The notes below the pieces were generated by a model. It did no database searches, was not told the DNA's origin, and saw nothing but the letters and a program-made list of their open reading frames with translations. This document shows positions 1-11,089 of a stretch of DNA of 64,000 bases, piece by piece. Location: the NCBI GenBank assembly GCA_030704615.1, contig CM060734.1, forward strand, positions 10,354,001-10,418,000, written 5' to 3'. Within the stretch, counting starts at the first letter, position 1, and each line of letters begins with the position of its first letter. A program made the translations under genes and the position numbers. Origin of the DNA: Takakia lepidozioides (taxonomy: Eukaryota; Plantae; Bryophyta).

Positions 1-3
1 CAG

Positions 4-782
4 CGAAGTATTGCACTGCAACCCTGTCCATTTCAAAGAAGATGAAGCAGCCAGTGTTTGTGTACTATGAGTTGGATAACTTTTACCAAAACCATCGCAG
101 ATATGTCAAGAGCAGGAGTGACAAGCAGCTGCGGGGACAGACAACCTCTACCTCTGACCTGGATTCCTGTAAACCAGAGGCCTATATTGATGGTCGTCCA
201 ATTGTTCCTTGTGGTCTCATTGCCTGGAGTTTGTTCAATGACACTTACAACTTCTCCACGAGTCAAGGTCCCCTCACCGTAAACAAGACGGGGATTTCAT
301 GGAAGAGCGACCGGCAAGACAAGTTCAGTTCCAAAGTATACCCTTCAGCATACTTTCCAAACAATAATCTGTCTGTAGGTGCAGGGATTGGAGGTGGCCA
401 GCTCGATCCAAGCAAGCCCTTGAGCGAAAACGAGGATCTGATAGTCTGGATGCGCACTGCAGCGCTCCCTACTTTCCGCAAATTATGGGGCCGTATTGAG
501 ACAGACTTAGAGGCAGGCCAGACGATTTCAGTGAATATCAACAACACCTATAACACCTACAGCTTTGGGGGAAAGAAGAAGCTGGTCCTTTCTACCACGA
601 GTTGGTTGGGCGGCAAGAATGACTTCCTCGGTTTGGCCTATCTCATTGTGGGCATTCTATGTTTTTTTCTAGCCTTTGTTTTCTTTGTTATCCACTTAAG
701 AAACCCGAGGCCCCTTGGTGATACCTCATATCTGTCTTGGAACAAGAAAAGTCCTGCGATGGGGGCAAATATTTCACGGTAG
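4..782 (+). CDS. ALIS: ALA-interacting subunit (CDC50/LEM3 family flippase beta subunit), last coding exon; 5' part lies outside the window
   Basis: Motifs VYYELDNFYQNHRRYVKSR, PCGLIAWSLFNDTY, VWMRTAALPTFRKLWG, SWLGGKNDFLG followed by a C-terminal TM helix. The frame is open back to the 'cag' at 1-3; stop TAG at 780-782. Confidence 0.95.
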
Positions 783-3189
783 TTCATATTTCCATGGTTC
801 TAGCTCACTAATCCAAAAGTGTACCATCACGGGCCACATATCACCACATGAAAAAGGTGTTATTGATTTAGAGATGACAGGTGCATCTTGCTCTTTTGAG
901 GCCTTCTATGTATCCATACTTTGATGGAGGAGAGTGTTTTCTGTAGTCTATGTGAGCTTATGGAGGATTCACAGAAGCTCTGCACCTGGTAGGATTCCAG
1001 GTGTGGGAGTTACCTTTGATAGATATACTCCAATCAGATTTCCTCAAGAAGGCTATTTAGATTAGGAAGATTTTCACATATGTACCGGGCTCACCCCTAT
1101 GGAGTGTTTTGATCGGGCTCCACCAGAAGGTAGAAACTATGCACTCAGTTAAAATATCATAATGTGGTGCATTTTTTTACCGCGGTGTTCTCAATACGGG
1201 GGGACTGCCGCCTCACTGTCCAAATTAGTTTCTTGGAATCACAGCATTGTAGCAGGTCTCATGTGAATGTCACAGCCCTTAGATCTACTGATACTTTCTT
1301 CAGTTGCTTTCTGGAAGCTTTTTTCTTCATCGGTGTAAGCTTTAGTGTGGTCAAGTGCACAAAGGGAATGGTGTAGTAGTTCTGCAGATCAAGTCAAGGG
1401 CAACACTATCGTAAGTGCAAGTAAAAAAGATTCTGGTAGACTTGAGTATCCGAGAACTGTGCGAGGTTGGCTATGTTTGTTATGAGGCATTGTTTGTAAC
1501 TGGTGAGTTGGGTGGCAATGTAAGGCCTCAATCGACGCCTCAATCGACACCTCAATCGACGTTGTCCTAGGTTTGCAAAGAGCCAGTGTTTGACCACTGG
1601 AAGCAAAGCAATTGATTCTCATTTTGGTGACATCATTTGTTGGTTCAGTGTCTTCTTTCTGACTTAGGGGTCAAGGGAGGGCACTAATGTGGTTTGGGAT
1701 CCTGGGTTTCAATGTTGATACAGCAATGTCACCTTCAGAGCTACAGCAAGTAAATGTCATGCCACCAACTTTAAGAGGGATGGCAATCCCATACAACAAC
1801 TGTCGATGTTGGGAAATCAGAAGAAACATACATTCACCCGGTTTCTTCAGCGAGAAAATTCTGATGGTTTCACTCTCCAGGTTTCTCCCTAGAAGATCTA
1901 TTCCAGGTCAAACCCTCTTTGCCCCACATCCATTGAGAATTGTAGTAATAGCAAAGCTTCAGTGTCATACCAGCAAAAAAACCTAAATATTGTAGGGTTC
2001 AAATTCTTCCACTTCTGACAGCTTAAGAGCATTTTTGTTCATGGCAAGGGTTGTCAGAAGCCTGAAGAGCATGGTCCCATGAGACACCCAGAGCCAAACA
2101 GTAATCTCATGGACACATCCTGGATGAGTGCCAAGATTGTCCACTACAAACTTTCAATCAGTACTACAGGACCTTACAGGCCATTGCAAAGTAAGGGGCC
2201 AGACACAAATGGTCTAGGAGGTGAACTACAGCTGACAATTTTGCTAGGCAGTACATTTGTCAAAAGGCTGAATCATCAACTCATGGATTTTTCCAAGTTT
2301 CTCTTCAGTCCATGAAGATGCGGACGGATGCCCATCAAAGAACCAAATGGAATATCTGAGCCTGCTTGTAATAATAGTCAACCAAGCTTCTGGTTCTCTT
2401 TCTGTTTAGCTTCCCCTCCCCCTTGTAAACTAACTCAGCTTGCCCAAACAGCATATGCCCAGAGTGCCAGTACCGTTTCACACAACTATTGAGAATGCCT
2501 TGGAGTAAGCCCGTGTACTCAAACCTTCTCTATTTTCAGCTCAAAGATTGTGAGATGCATTGTGGCATCTAATGGGAGTTGACTGAAACTTCTGTCCTGA
2601 TGTTGCATTTGGCTTCAAACAAGCAGCAGAAGTACAATCTAACCCTCTTGCACTAGCATGCCGTTGCAGGGAGTGTGTGAATGCCGACAAACATTGAAAG
2701 CAGCCATCTCCTGAGACGCCCGTACAATGGACAAAATTTGAAAAATGTCTTTGTAAAATCATTCTTCGGCTCGCAGTTGTGGAGCTGCTCTAGTGTTTTC
2801 AGCAGAGCTCCTAATGTCTGACTCCCAGTATGCCGCTACGTCATCCAAATCCAAAATAGGAGTTCAGCCACAAGGCCGTGGTGCACTGGAGCAGAGGAGA
2901 AAAAGTTGCACAAGTTTTTGCAATCAGACGTGGTTGCAGCCGGACACGCTCTACACGAGGCAACCACGAGCGGGGGTTCATTAGCAACGAACAGTTTGTT
3001 CTGTTTGAAGGAGATGCAGTCCTTCGCAACGAGGACACCCGCAACCGTCTCAAAGCTTTCGAGTTGAGAGACCGTCAGACCCTACCTTTATTTTCTTTAG
3101 TATTCAGTGAGCGGGAGATAGGGAAGTATTATTTTGTCTCTACCTGGCAGAGAGAAGAGGAGGGCTGGTTAGAGAGGGCTACTGTAGCT

Positions 3190-5057
3190 TGGGATAAGGT
3201 TAGTGGTAGGTTTCTAGACATAGATATACCTCCTACACCTTACCATTTTGCAGAGCGAGGCACTTTGAGAGAAGTCTAGCAGTTGATAGCATAGATCAGG
3301 ATTAAATCTTGCTTGGTCGGGCATTTTTTCTTCCCCTCCGTCTCTTTACTATTTTCATTACTTTGTAGTTATAGTTGTCAAGGCCTACATAGGCGGAGGC
3401 TACATAGTCAGTCCGGATTTTTGGGCTGGGGTATTCTGCAGGAGCAGCACTGCGGAGGGATTTTGGTGTGGGGGTGTGGATGTTTTGATTTCTTGTGTTT
3501 GGACCCCCCCCACACACTATGCGTCATGTTGGTTTTGTGTGGGCGCTTGCTTTCATAGGGATTAGGCCGGATTTGATCACCGGTCAATCTTAGAGTATGC
3601 TATCGGTGGTAAGGCTGGAGTGATGACCAGCAAGACGACCAGTGTTTCTTCTATGGTCAGGCTGGGGTTGATGACCAGCCAACCATATGAGTTCTTGCGA
3701 TGGATGCAGGTGCAGGTGCCCTTAGCCACTGGGATATGACCCTTAAACCGCAACAGATACCCACCCGTGTCACTATTAGAGTTAGTACTAGAGCTGGGGG
3801 AGGTGCGGGTTGTGAGTGTTATCACGGAGTTACCCAAAGGTTTTGAGGGGAGTACGGCTACAGACAGTAGCAGTGAGAATGGGTTCACAAGACAAGGTGT
3901 TCGGTTCAGACCACCTTCACCTTCACCCTCAACTGGTGCAGAGTCTGACACAGACTCGGAGGCTTCATCAACAAGTGTGCAGTTTCTTTTGCCATTGTTT
4001 GTGGGACGACATGGAGGAGATGTATGGAGCTCCCAAGGGGCCTCGTAGGTACTTTGGAGCTGTGGGCACAATCGAGCTAGATAACATTATCCAGGAGTTC
4101 GACAGCTGGTGTGATTTGCAGCAGATGCGCAATCCACAGCTGTTCACCCCATTCATGGCATGGAAGGGACTGTTCCAGCATTTGGAAGGCCTGCCTATGG
4201 ATGATTACCACAAGTTCAGGTGAGAACATGAAGCAGAGATTGAGGAGTGGAGGATGTATTGGTCACCTGACTACGTCTCAATTACTCGAGGCACGACGCG
4301 ACCAGTACTAGCTGCATCAGCACCAACATCTCTCACTGCCAGCACTAGTAGTGGAACAAGTAGTGCCGGTACTTCTGCAGGTGGTACCAGTTCTAAACGT
4401 GCTACCACTCCTCCTGCCACGACCACAACACTTGTGCCTAGATTCAACCCGGTGGTGGAGTTCTTTGAGGAATTGAGGAGGAACTACCAAGGCGTACGGA
4501 CAGAGAAGCTGCGAAGTTTGCAAGACTTCCAACGCAAGTCTAGTGAGAGCTTGCAAGAGGCCTATACTCATATGAGGTGCTTGATAAGTGTGACCCAAGG
4601 GATTACTGAAGCTCAGGCAGTCCAGTTCTGGTATGGAATTTTTGACAAGGAGCTCAGGAGAAGGGTGCGGGATGCAACCCTGTTACAAGCGGCTCAACCC
4701 ACATTAGCATATGTGTTTCTGCTGGCTGAGTGGATTGAGCTCAACATGGTGGAGGAGCGAGTTGTTACCATTGGATTTGGCAAGGACATACCTGCACGAG
4801 GCGCAGCTGCCAGCCAATAGGCACAAGGGACTGCCCTACAGCGTGGTCAAGGGGGCAAGGTTGCCCAACCCAAATTCCATGGAGCTTACAGGAGACCTCA
4901 GGTGCAGAGGCCAGTAGCTTCTTTTGCCTGCACAGTTGCAGTGTGGGCATTATGGCAAGTATGGGCATGGAGAGGCCCAGTGTTATGACTTGCACCTTAA
5001 GTTGCGGCGAGGCCAGTTCCAAGGGAACAATGGTGGCCGGGGGCGAGGTGCTACAGC
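3190..5057 (+). mobile_element. Truncated copy of the DNMT-gypsy family: 5' leader plus degenerate gag
   Basis: Leader 3350-3720 aligns with 31250-31630. The gag start (TRQGVRFRPPSP, MEEMYGAPKGPRRY) matches 31763-32046. A degenerate CCHC knuckle (CGHYGKYGHGEAQC) lies at ~4940-4985. Contains a frameshift and stops. Confidence 0.8.
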
Positions 5058-5452
5058 TGTCAAGTTAAATAAATACAATGTGAAACTAACTGAATGAATC
5101 TAGTTATTTGTATTTAACACTTGGAATTAGTTCAAGTGTTAAGTCAGGTGTCAAGTTTAGCTTGACACCTGAACCATCTTAGCTTCACGAGCTCGTTAGT
5201 CGTGCGGCTCATTTCTCTCGAGTTGAGCCTGCATGACCGAGCTTCCTCGCTGCTTAGCATTTGAGTGTACTTATGGAGGGAGAGTAGGATGTTGTGGGGT
5301 GGAGTCCCAATAGCTTGGGGTACCCCTGGCTCGACTCTTATTTTAACGAGTGATTGTGTTGTATTTTGTGTCTCTGTGTCATCAGAGAGTGTGAGTTTAA
5401 TTTTCAATCACTCGAGAGAGATGACTATCTACTTGTCTAGCAAGGATGCCTC
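5058..5452 (+). repeat. 5' terminal 'A' repeat (TGTCAAGTTA...) of a diverged DNMT-gypsy copy, inserted in gag and cut off by the MULE
   Basis: Starts TGTCAAGTTA like 29814. Shares ggctca-t..tctcgagttgagcct and continues atcactcgaga as at 30090. Confidence 0.7.
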
Positions 5453-6336
5453 GGCGTGAGCCTGGTGGCGTGAGCGCAGCCGCACTCACGCCACGTCACC
5501 TTGAACGAACGCCACGTCACCGGGCTCACTCCACGTCATCGAGCTTAAAAGCCACGTCAACGCGCGTCAATTAAGAAGCAGACTGTATTTCCGCGGAAGA
5601 GCACCCTCAACCGCGGAAACAAGTTCGACGAAATAATAAAAGGACGTGGTCATCCCCACCTAAAAGCAACAATTGAATGCAGGATGGATGAATGTAGAGT
5701 GGATGAGAAATATATGGATATGTGAGAACAATGCAAACGAATGAATGAATGTGGGATGGATGTTGAATGGTGGAAAACATTCTTGAATGGAGGATGCATG
5801 AATACACAATAGATGAATGCACAATGGATATGACATGAGTGTGAGGGGTTGAGGGGATGGATTCATGAAGATTGACATTTGAATCCGAGTAGATTGTTTG
5901 AATCACCTTTTTTTCTGCCGGAACAAATGCAATGAGGCAAAGGAATTCAATGAGTTCCGAATAGGATATAAATTGAACAAAATAAATGCGAAGTTCAGTC
6001 TGATCCAGAGTCAGTACAATGTATCCCCGCGTCCACTGCATCCAAGTCCAAGAATTTCAGAACTCCGGATCTACGATGGCTACTCCTGCGATCGGGCAAT
6101 AAGAAGTCAGGGGATAGAGCCTCGGCCATTTCAAGTGCAATTGCTTCGGCATAGACAGGAAGCACAAAAGTGGAAAGGGGACTGTCGAAAACAGTCTCAG
6201 CACAAATGGGGGTTTAACCTGAAGATCCATCGTTGTCGTTCCTGCAAGTCAAAGCATGATAAAAGTTATTACTACAATTTTGATGTATGCAAAATTGAAC
6301 AAGCACCCAAACTGGAATGACATTTCCATGGCCGAC

Positions 6337-7448
6337 TTACTCACATGAGAAGTCGTTGTCGATCTGCTTATCCTCGGTATCCTCATCATTTCTGATTTGA
6401 ATTTGTTCGGTCTGTGTGCCAAACGTAGAGCCAGACACAAGAGGGAGGAGGACACTCTTGAATAGTTCGGTGTCGCCCTCCATGCCAAAAAAGCTTCTCC
6501 CACCAACCTTGCAAGCACGGTAAGTCGCACCTGCCAAGACAGAAAGCCTCAAGAAGGTTGTAGAAGATGCAAAATCGGATGCAAACTGGAAGACCTTCAT
6601 AATGGAAACAGTATTGAACCAACGAACCTGTGGATAGTGTGAGGTCGACCACCCTTGCAGAATGGTGGTTGCATGACTCCAAGAGCGTCTGCATGAACGC
6701 CGGGGTTCTCTCCCTTGCACCTCTCCACGGAAACCTGTCTGGTCTTTTGGCTGTCTGACTGGAGTGCATGAAATTGTACAGCATGTCATCCCAATGCGGT
6801 TCATATGGGGGGTTGACAAAACACCCTTGGTCAGAAATTTCAAAGCTGCGAATGGATGAAGGTGTTTTGGAAGTGCGAATCCGCCTCAGGCAGATTGCCT
6901 CAAACATCCTTGTCTGGCAAAGATGCAAGGTAGGAGCGAGACATAGAAATTCTGGCGCAGGAAAGAACAGAACATGGACTGCAAATGTAAACTACAATGG
7001 AATGTTTTTGTGATGATCGGTGCCGATCATCACATATGGTGGTAGAGCAAGCCAGCAGAAACAACTGAAAAGACATTGGAAAACAGTTCAGAGTAGGGCG
7101 GTGCCATACCAGCTGTCCAGGGCAACCACCTTTCAGAAGGTACAGGATGTTCACACAATTCCATGTCCTCAGAATTTCGAACCCAGACGAGTTCAGGAAT
7201 GATGCCAGACCCTTACGACTATCCTTATCACATGATTGGAAGAGCAAAAGCGTTCCTGCATCTGAAAGGAAATTATTGCAGAAGCCGAATACCCAACTCC
7301 AGTAGTTCTCATCGAATCTGTTCCAGGATGGAGTCTTTCCCTTTGGAGGAACGTCGGGGACAGGCAGGCCATCTGGGATGTCAAGGATGACCATGTCAGC
7401 GGCAAAGGGTTTTTGAACACCGCATACGAATGAGGGACCATTGCTCAC
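6337..7448 (-). CDS. Beta-class DNA amino-methyltransferase domain (N6_N4_Mtase-like); exons ~7448-7110, 6913-6628, 6530-6337
   Basis: Motif IV-like ADMVILDIPDG (7371-7382) comes first. It is followed by motif X-like RERTPAFMQTLLES and, joined across a GT-AG intron (6627-6531), VVDLTLSTG/ATYRACKVGGRSFFGMEGD, which matches the consensus VLDPFxGSGTTxxAAxxLGRxFIGxExD. Confidence 0.8.
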
Positions 7449-8165
7449 CTGCAGCATACCGGTATAATTTCAAGTCAAACAGAAATGAGGGTCCCAACAG
7501 AAACCATCATCTACATTGGCATACACAAAATTCGAAAGTCCCATGTGAAGAGAAAGATTCTTACCAGATTAAGAAATGAATCATGTTATCCCAAGTTGGT
7601 GATGGCACCCCCGAGTAACTCTTTCTCCGAGTCTCCATCATCGTCATCCATCCCTCATTCACAATCTTGATCTGCCCTGCCAAGTCCGCACGGGAAGGGT
7701 GTGGCTTGGCATCAAATGGACATTGAACAGTGAGGGTGTACCTCCCAGCGGTCTCATCTTTCTCCTTGTCCTCACCTTTCTCCTTTTCCGTCTCTTTATC
7801 CTTTGCCTTCTCCTTCCCCTTAGCCTTCTCCTTCTCTTTGTCCTTAGGCTTCCCAGGTGACTTGGCTACTACCTCCGGAGCCTTTGGATCTTTCCCCTTT
7901 CGACCAGCCTTCCTGCCTTTCTGTGGAGTTGCCTACGCGTCTGGCTCCTTGGCGGCCAATGAAGCAATGTTCCTCTGGTACTCTTCGTCGTTCAAAGGTG
8001 CCAGCATCTCCGCATGGTTGTTCATATACTTCATTTGCTGCTCTTGAAATGTCCTGTCGATCTGCAAACAGGGAATACACATTGCCTACTTAAGAAATAT
8101 GTAACGTTTGGACTTGAAATGCGCACAACATGCAATTTGAAAGGCTATGGGTTTCTGAGGAAGTC

Positions 8166-8834
8166 CTACTTGTTCACGTCATGTATAGCTGTCAAAAGTC
8201 TGGCGATGTCGTTCCCAGGATCCAGAACCATTGCCTCCACAGCACAATGCTTGTCCTTGTCTTTTGAATGGTGTTTCGCAATGTACCCCATCCAAGCTAG
8301 CAAGCGATGGTTCCCGTCCCAGACATAGAACATGTGGTTGCAGAACTGCTGGGTGTTATGTCTAAGCAGCAGAGAGTCTTCGAACTCGTCATTCACATCC
8401 TTCCAGCAATCATCCCAGTTGTTCGTAATCTCTAGGCTCACTTTTGTGCTGTGACCATTAGTATCCTTCAATGAGACGTAAAAAACTTGTGCACCCATTC
8501 TATACCCGTGCAGGAAATCTGTTTCCAACTTGGTAATGTCATGCGAAAGTGGAGGACAAACAACAGGCATGGAGATCATCTGGCAGAGAGGGATTTCAAG
8601 ACGTCCTCTAGAGACGATCATGTCCCTAATAACCTCCTGGGAATTTACCTTTTGATATGACATAAGTTGTTTCACCTTGTCAAGGTAGTGCAATTCAGGC
8701 TCGTCAGTGTCTTCGCTGTTCTCAGAACTCTTTGTGGAGTCGTCCCCTTCTCCAGAGCCCTTTGCATCTGTTTCTGCCTGCTTGGACTTTACATTATTCT
8801 GCATACCCAAAACCGCCACAACAGCAACATTCAA
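8166..8834 (-). CDS. ParB/Sulfiredoxin-like domain exon of the same accessory gene
   Basis: FYVWDGNHRLLAW (8304-8318) fits the ParB/Srx GxxRxxA motif. It lies on the same strand, upstream of Lys/Glu-rich (7740-8070) and MTase exons. Confidence 0.7.
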   Translation of the reverse strand: MNVAVVAVLGMQNNVKSKQAETDAKGSGEGDDSTKSSENSEDTDEPELHYLDKVKQLMSYQKVNSQEVIRDMIVSRGRLEIPLCQMISMPVVCPPLSHDITKLETDFLHGYRMGAQVFYVSLKDTNGHSTKVSLEITNNWDDCWKDVNDEFEDSLLLRHNTQQFCNHMFYVWDGNHRLLAWMGYIAKHHSKDKDKHCAVEAMVLDPGNDIARLLTAIHDVNK

Positions 8835-8866
8835 CTGGTGTTCAGGAAAACAAACATTTTAACACA

Positions 8867-9426
8867 GTGACGATCGGTACCGACCATCACTTTGTCTTCT
8901 AACAAATGAATGGAAATCCTACTTGGTTTCCCAATGCACCTTGACTCCGTTCTCACTAGACTGCGATGATCGGTGCCGACCATCAGGATGATGCAAGCGA
9001 TGGTCGGTACCGCACATCACCACAAGACAGCATTGGGATGCAAACACCCACGAGGTCTAAATGTGATGGTCGGCACCGATCATCACTAGAAGTCAGAACC
9101 CATTCTATCACTCATTGAACTTGATGTCCTCTTTTGGATTCTGGTGCATTGCCAATCTGTTCAAAAAGTGATGGTCGGTACCGATCATCACAATCAGACT
9201 GCCTTGGGAAGCACAACCCATGAGGTCTAAATGTGATGGTCGGCACCGATCATCACTATAAGTCAGAATCCCCTCTATCACACATTGAACTTGATGTCCT
9301 CTCTTGGATTCTGGTGCATTGCCAATCTGTTCAAAAAGTGATGATCGGTACCGATCATCACAATCAGATTGCATTAGGAAGCGAACCCCATGACGTCTAA
9401 GTGTGATGGCCGGCACCGATCATCAC
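8867..9426. repeat. Array of 24-bp palindromes GTGATGRTCGGYRCCGAYCATCAC (left part)
   Basis: Copies at 8867, 8963, 8997, 9063, 9168, 9233, 9338 (perfect palindrome) and 9403. Alternating 65/105-bp spacing gives a 170-bp higher-order unit. Confidence 0.95.
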
Positions 9427-9457
9427 TCTTAGTCAGAATCCTTTCTTTCACCCACTG

Positions 9458-10185
9458 TGTCGCGCACCTCACTTCGGTAAACTCCCCTTCAAGTCATAGT
9501 TACTCGCTTTGATGCGCGCGCCTGACTCCCAACCTGGCCGCCGGGCCAACTTGGAGCTTCGGCTGCTCACCGGGACATAACGGTCCCCTTTCGCTTCCCT
9601 CTAAAACCCTCCACCTAATTGGGACTAGGAGAATTCCCTTTGGTAGATGGCAGTCCGAAACAGCTCCCCACTCTTTGGTCGCTTTCCGGCTCGCTCGCTT
9701 ACTCACTAGTTTTTGGTCACCAACGGGCTTGCACCGTTCTCGGGGTTACTACTCCCTTATATATACTTTTGTAGCTGTCCGCGGGGGTTCCACAACCAGC
9801 CATGCCATTTTATGGCGAACCACCACGAAAACCCTCGACTCCCGGTGATGAGTCGCGGTGAGTCTTGGCCCGCTCACCACGGCCCCTATGGACCATGATG
9901 AGTCCCAAAACTCCCCACGACTCCCACCACGAGGTCTCCGCCCCCATGGTGAGTCCTATGCCACCCCCACTAAGTCCCGCTAAGCTACCACCACCCCTTG
10001 TGGAGCCACCCCCACCGCAACCCGGTGTGTGGGGCTTCCACCTAGTGAGCGCCTCCGCTTCCCTGAGTGCCTTGGGCACTCAAGGGTGCTTCAGCCCCCC
10101 ATACCTATCGCTGCCGCTGCCCCCACCATAGGGGCAGCCCCTCATGTGTCCCGACCCCCTGCCCTCAAGGCAAAGGGCCGCGACA
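9458..10185 (-). repeat. 3' LTR of chromovirus
   Basis: Direct repeat of 15695-16420. Confidence 0.97.
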
Positions 10186-11089
10186 CACACCCCTACCAAC
10201 AGGGAGTCGATGTCCTCATCGACTTGTCCATTTTGTAGAAACGAACATCCAAGTTGTGGCGTCCCACATCAACGAGTTTGTTTCCGCACCATGGCGTCCC
10301 ATGGCAAAGAACCAAACCCCACACTTGACTCTACTCTCCACTAGCTAGTTCGGCCGACGTCCTCCAAGTCCCGGCCAAGGGTGGAGCCTCTCCAACTCCT
10401 CCCAGTGCACTCTTCTTGGCCTACTTCAAGGCCAAGGAACGATCCTCCCCGAGGATCGAATCGCCTTACTGCAACAACATTGCTTGCGATCGCTCATGAT
10501 GCCGCTTTTGGCATCACCTTGAGCAAGGGTTCACCTGGAACCCTCTTTGACTAGGAAGATAACCTTGAACCAACCGTGCGCCCCAATCACTACAATTGGG
10601 TCCGCCTTGGAATGTTGGCCTGAGGTACGGGAACACGCCGAAGCCGCACTACGACTTCGTCCCGAGGCTACACGATTATAGTACGTGAACGGAAGCACGT
10701 AGCTTCCGCATTAGCCCGCACTACAAGGCAACCCCCTCGGTAGCGCAGTTATAGTACGCGCACGCGCCAGGTGCGCACTAGCACGTGAACTCCCAAAGAA
10801 GTCGCAAGTTTCCTTGCCCCTTGGATGGGGGTCACCCGATTTCGGCACTACACAAACACACGATTAACCCAATTTACCTCTCCCACTTTTATAAGCTAGC
10901 ATGCATTCTACACACTAGCCAACCATACCATGCATCACCATTCCAAACAAAATAGGATGCACAACATTTGGAACCCATTTCCTTTATAACAAATTTTTGT
11001 ACAATACAAGTTTTTAATCGGATTCCTAAGCTAGCTAAGCCGGGCTAAGCATGCATTTCCTCCCCCACGCTCCAAGGTTGATGTCCCCA

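Noticed and set aside
1640-2850. Possible degenerate coding sequence on the minus strand
   Set aside because: No recognisable motifs or sustained ORF.
5430-5470. TSD for the MULE
   Set aside because: No duplicated 8-11-mer between the left flank and 22614-22630; the two flanks belong to different repeats.
6337-8834. Bacterial contamination as the source of ParB/MTase
   Set aside because: The motifs are split by GT-AG introns and embedded among plant TEs and genes.
9108-9416. Coding repeat ORF (DDRYRSS/DDRCRPS)
   Set aside because: It is a translation of the palindromes; the 170-bp unit is not a multiple of 3.
9810-10131. Pro/Gly-rich ORFs (also 16045-16426)
   Set aside because: They fall inside GC-rich LTR sequence and have no protein signature.
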